Shown: piece after piece, positions 4,915 through 5,803 of the stretch
How the letters are laid out: each line of letters begins with the position of its first letter
Position numbering within the stretch: position 1 is the first letter of the stretch
Source of the DNA: a virus
DNA: 5,803 nucleotides
IMG/VR virus record: IMGVR_UViG_3300045988_000145
Reading direction: 5' to 3' (one strand)
Translations under genes and position numbers: made by a program
The notes under the pieces: generated by a model
Told to the model about the DNA's origin: nothing
The model's database searches: none
The model's input: only the letters and a program-made list of their open reading frames with translations

Positions 4915-5803
4915 TTAATAAGGTAAACCATTACGATCCAGGTTCTGAACCGCGTAAACTTGGAAATTAACATTACACAACAACTGATCATACTGAACAG
5001 AGGAATGTGCACCACTAACCTGCGGGAGGAATATAGAATTCATTTGTTGGGGACGAACTTTAAATGACTGATAAGAAAATGAAGCTTCATCCGTAAGAAC
5101 TTCCTCACCGTCGACAGCAGCAACCCAGGACGAATAACCACCTTGGGTACGGAATCCAGAATGAACTGTATCAACAGAAGATTTCCACTGCCAATAGCGA
5201 AGATTATAACCTAGATTACCAGTACCTTGAACAGATAAGTTATTATGAAAATTAAGAGAAGGAACAGGCTGCATACCTAACTGATCGAAAGCAGGCTGGG
5301 GGAAATCGGAAATAGCAGAAACAGTAAGCTGAGGACTCTGTCCAGACAATTCCCAGTCGAGCATAGGCACAGCATGATAAACACACATAATTATTTGATG
5401 TTCAGCACCAGAATCATAAGTAAGTGTATGACCTTGATTAGATCCTACGCCTTTACCAGCAATACTAGCCTGGGAGTCCTGTGTGTTAAGGTTTGTATTA
5501 AGAACCTCATTAATATTAATAACAGAACTCCAACCACCAATATAATGAGAATGATTACCCAGGCATTCGGGGGCTTTAATACCAAACTGAGCAGCCATTT
5601 GATCAGAATAGTCCTTACTACTAAATTGCACTACCTCTTTCCAACGCTGAAGATATTCAGTCGCACGAATTGAAAGAGCGGAAAGGTCAGAATTAAGAGA
5701 AACAGGAGTATTAGAAGAAACAGATTCCGTCATAGAAACAGCACCAGAACCAGACTGCTGAAATAAATAAGAATTCGTACGGTTATCAGAAACAATACGA
5801 TTA
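4915..5803 (-). CDS. VP1: Major capsid protein VP1, C-terminal part. Codons from 5748 to 4915 are unique sequence, and 5749-5803 duplicates 1-55.
   Basis: The frame of the 272-aa track ORF (4915-5733) stays open upstream to the window end (...QQSGSGAVSMTESVSS...). It is in phase with the 1-888 segment: 888 nt is exactly 296 codons, and 5748-5733 is 15 nt. Joined, the product is 573 aa (296 + 277), ending at TAA 4917-4915. Confidence 0.9.
   Translation of the reverse strand, partial: NRIVSDNRTNSYLFQQSGSGAVSMTESVSSNTPVSLNSDLSALSIRATEYLQRWKEVVQFSSKDYSDQMAAQFGIKAPECLGNHSHYIGGWSSVININEVLNTNLNTQDSQASIAGKGVGSNQGHTLTYDSGAEHQIIMCVYHAVPMLDWELSGQSPQLTVSAISDFPQPAFDQLGMQPVPSLNFHNNLSVQGTGNLGYNLRYWQWKSSVDTVHSGFRTQGGYSSWVAAVDGEEVLTDEASFSYQSFKVRPQQMNSIFLPQVSGAHSSVQYDQLLCNVNFQVYAVQNLDRNGLPY
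5749..5803. repeat. Terminal direct repeat, copy 2 (identical to 1-55)
   Basis: See copy 1. Confidence 0.97.

Noticed and set aside
1-5803. Defence system, CRISPR array, integrase or transposase, reverse transcriptase or DGR, toxin-antitoxin pair
   Set aside because: The five minus-strand ORFs plus the non-coding block account for the entire 5.7-kb circle. No spaced repeats, no additional long ORFs, and no DDE, tyrosine-recombinase or RT motifs were seen.

Overview
The window is a complete, circularly permuted genome of a small ssDNA phage of the family Microviridae. Its gene content and order resemble the Bacteroidetes-associated Alpavirinae-like lineage. Bases 1-55 are identical to 5749-5803, so the sequence closes into a circle of about 5,748 nt. 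All credible genes lie on the minus strand, so the window shows the complement of the mRNA-sense, T-rich virion strand. Reading along the minus strand, the order is: a Bacteroidetes-type promoter (2993-2963), a small 67-aa ORF (2918-2715), and the VP4 rolling-circle replication initiator (2586-907). Next comes the VP1 major capsid protein, which starts at 888, runs off the left edge, and continues from 5748 to 4915 across the circular junction. It is followed by an acidic 147-aa protein that may be a scaffolding protein (4903-4460) and the VP2 DNA-pilot or minor capsid protein (4463-3342). The only part the genes do not explain is a roughly 420-nt non-coding block (2919-3341). For such a compact genome this block is long, locally GC-rich, and full of hairpins. 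It contains a terminator-like stem-loop and a nested hairpin flanked by two partial matches to the XerC half of bacterial dif. I consider that block the most interesting region: it may hold the complementary-strand origin, a terminator and possibly an Xer-dependent attP. I see no defence system, CRISPR array, integrase, tRNA or reverse transcriptase. All family assignments rest on motifs and architecture read by eye. No database search was possible.
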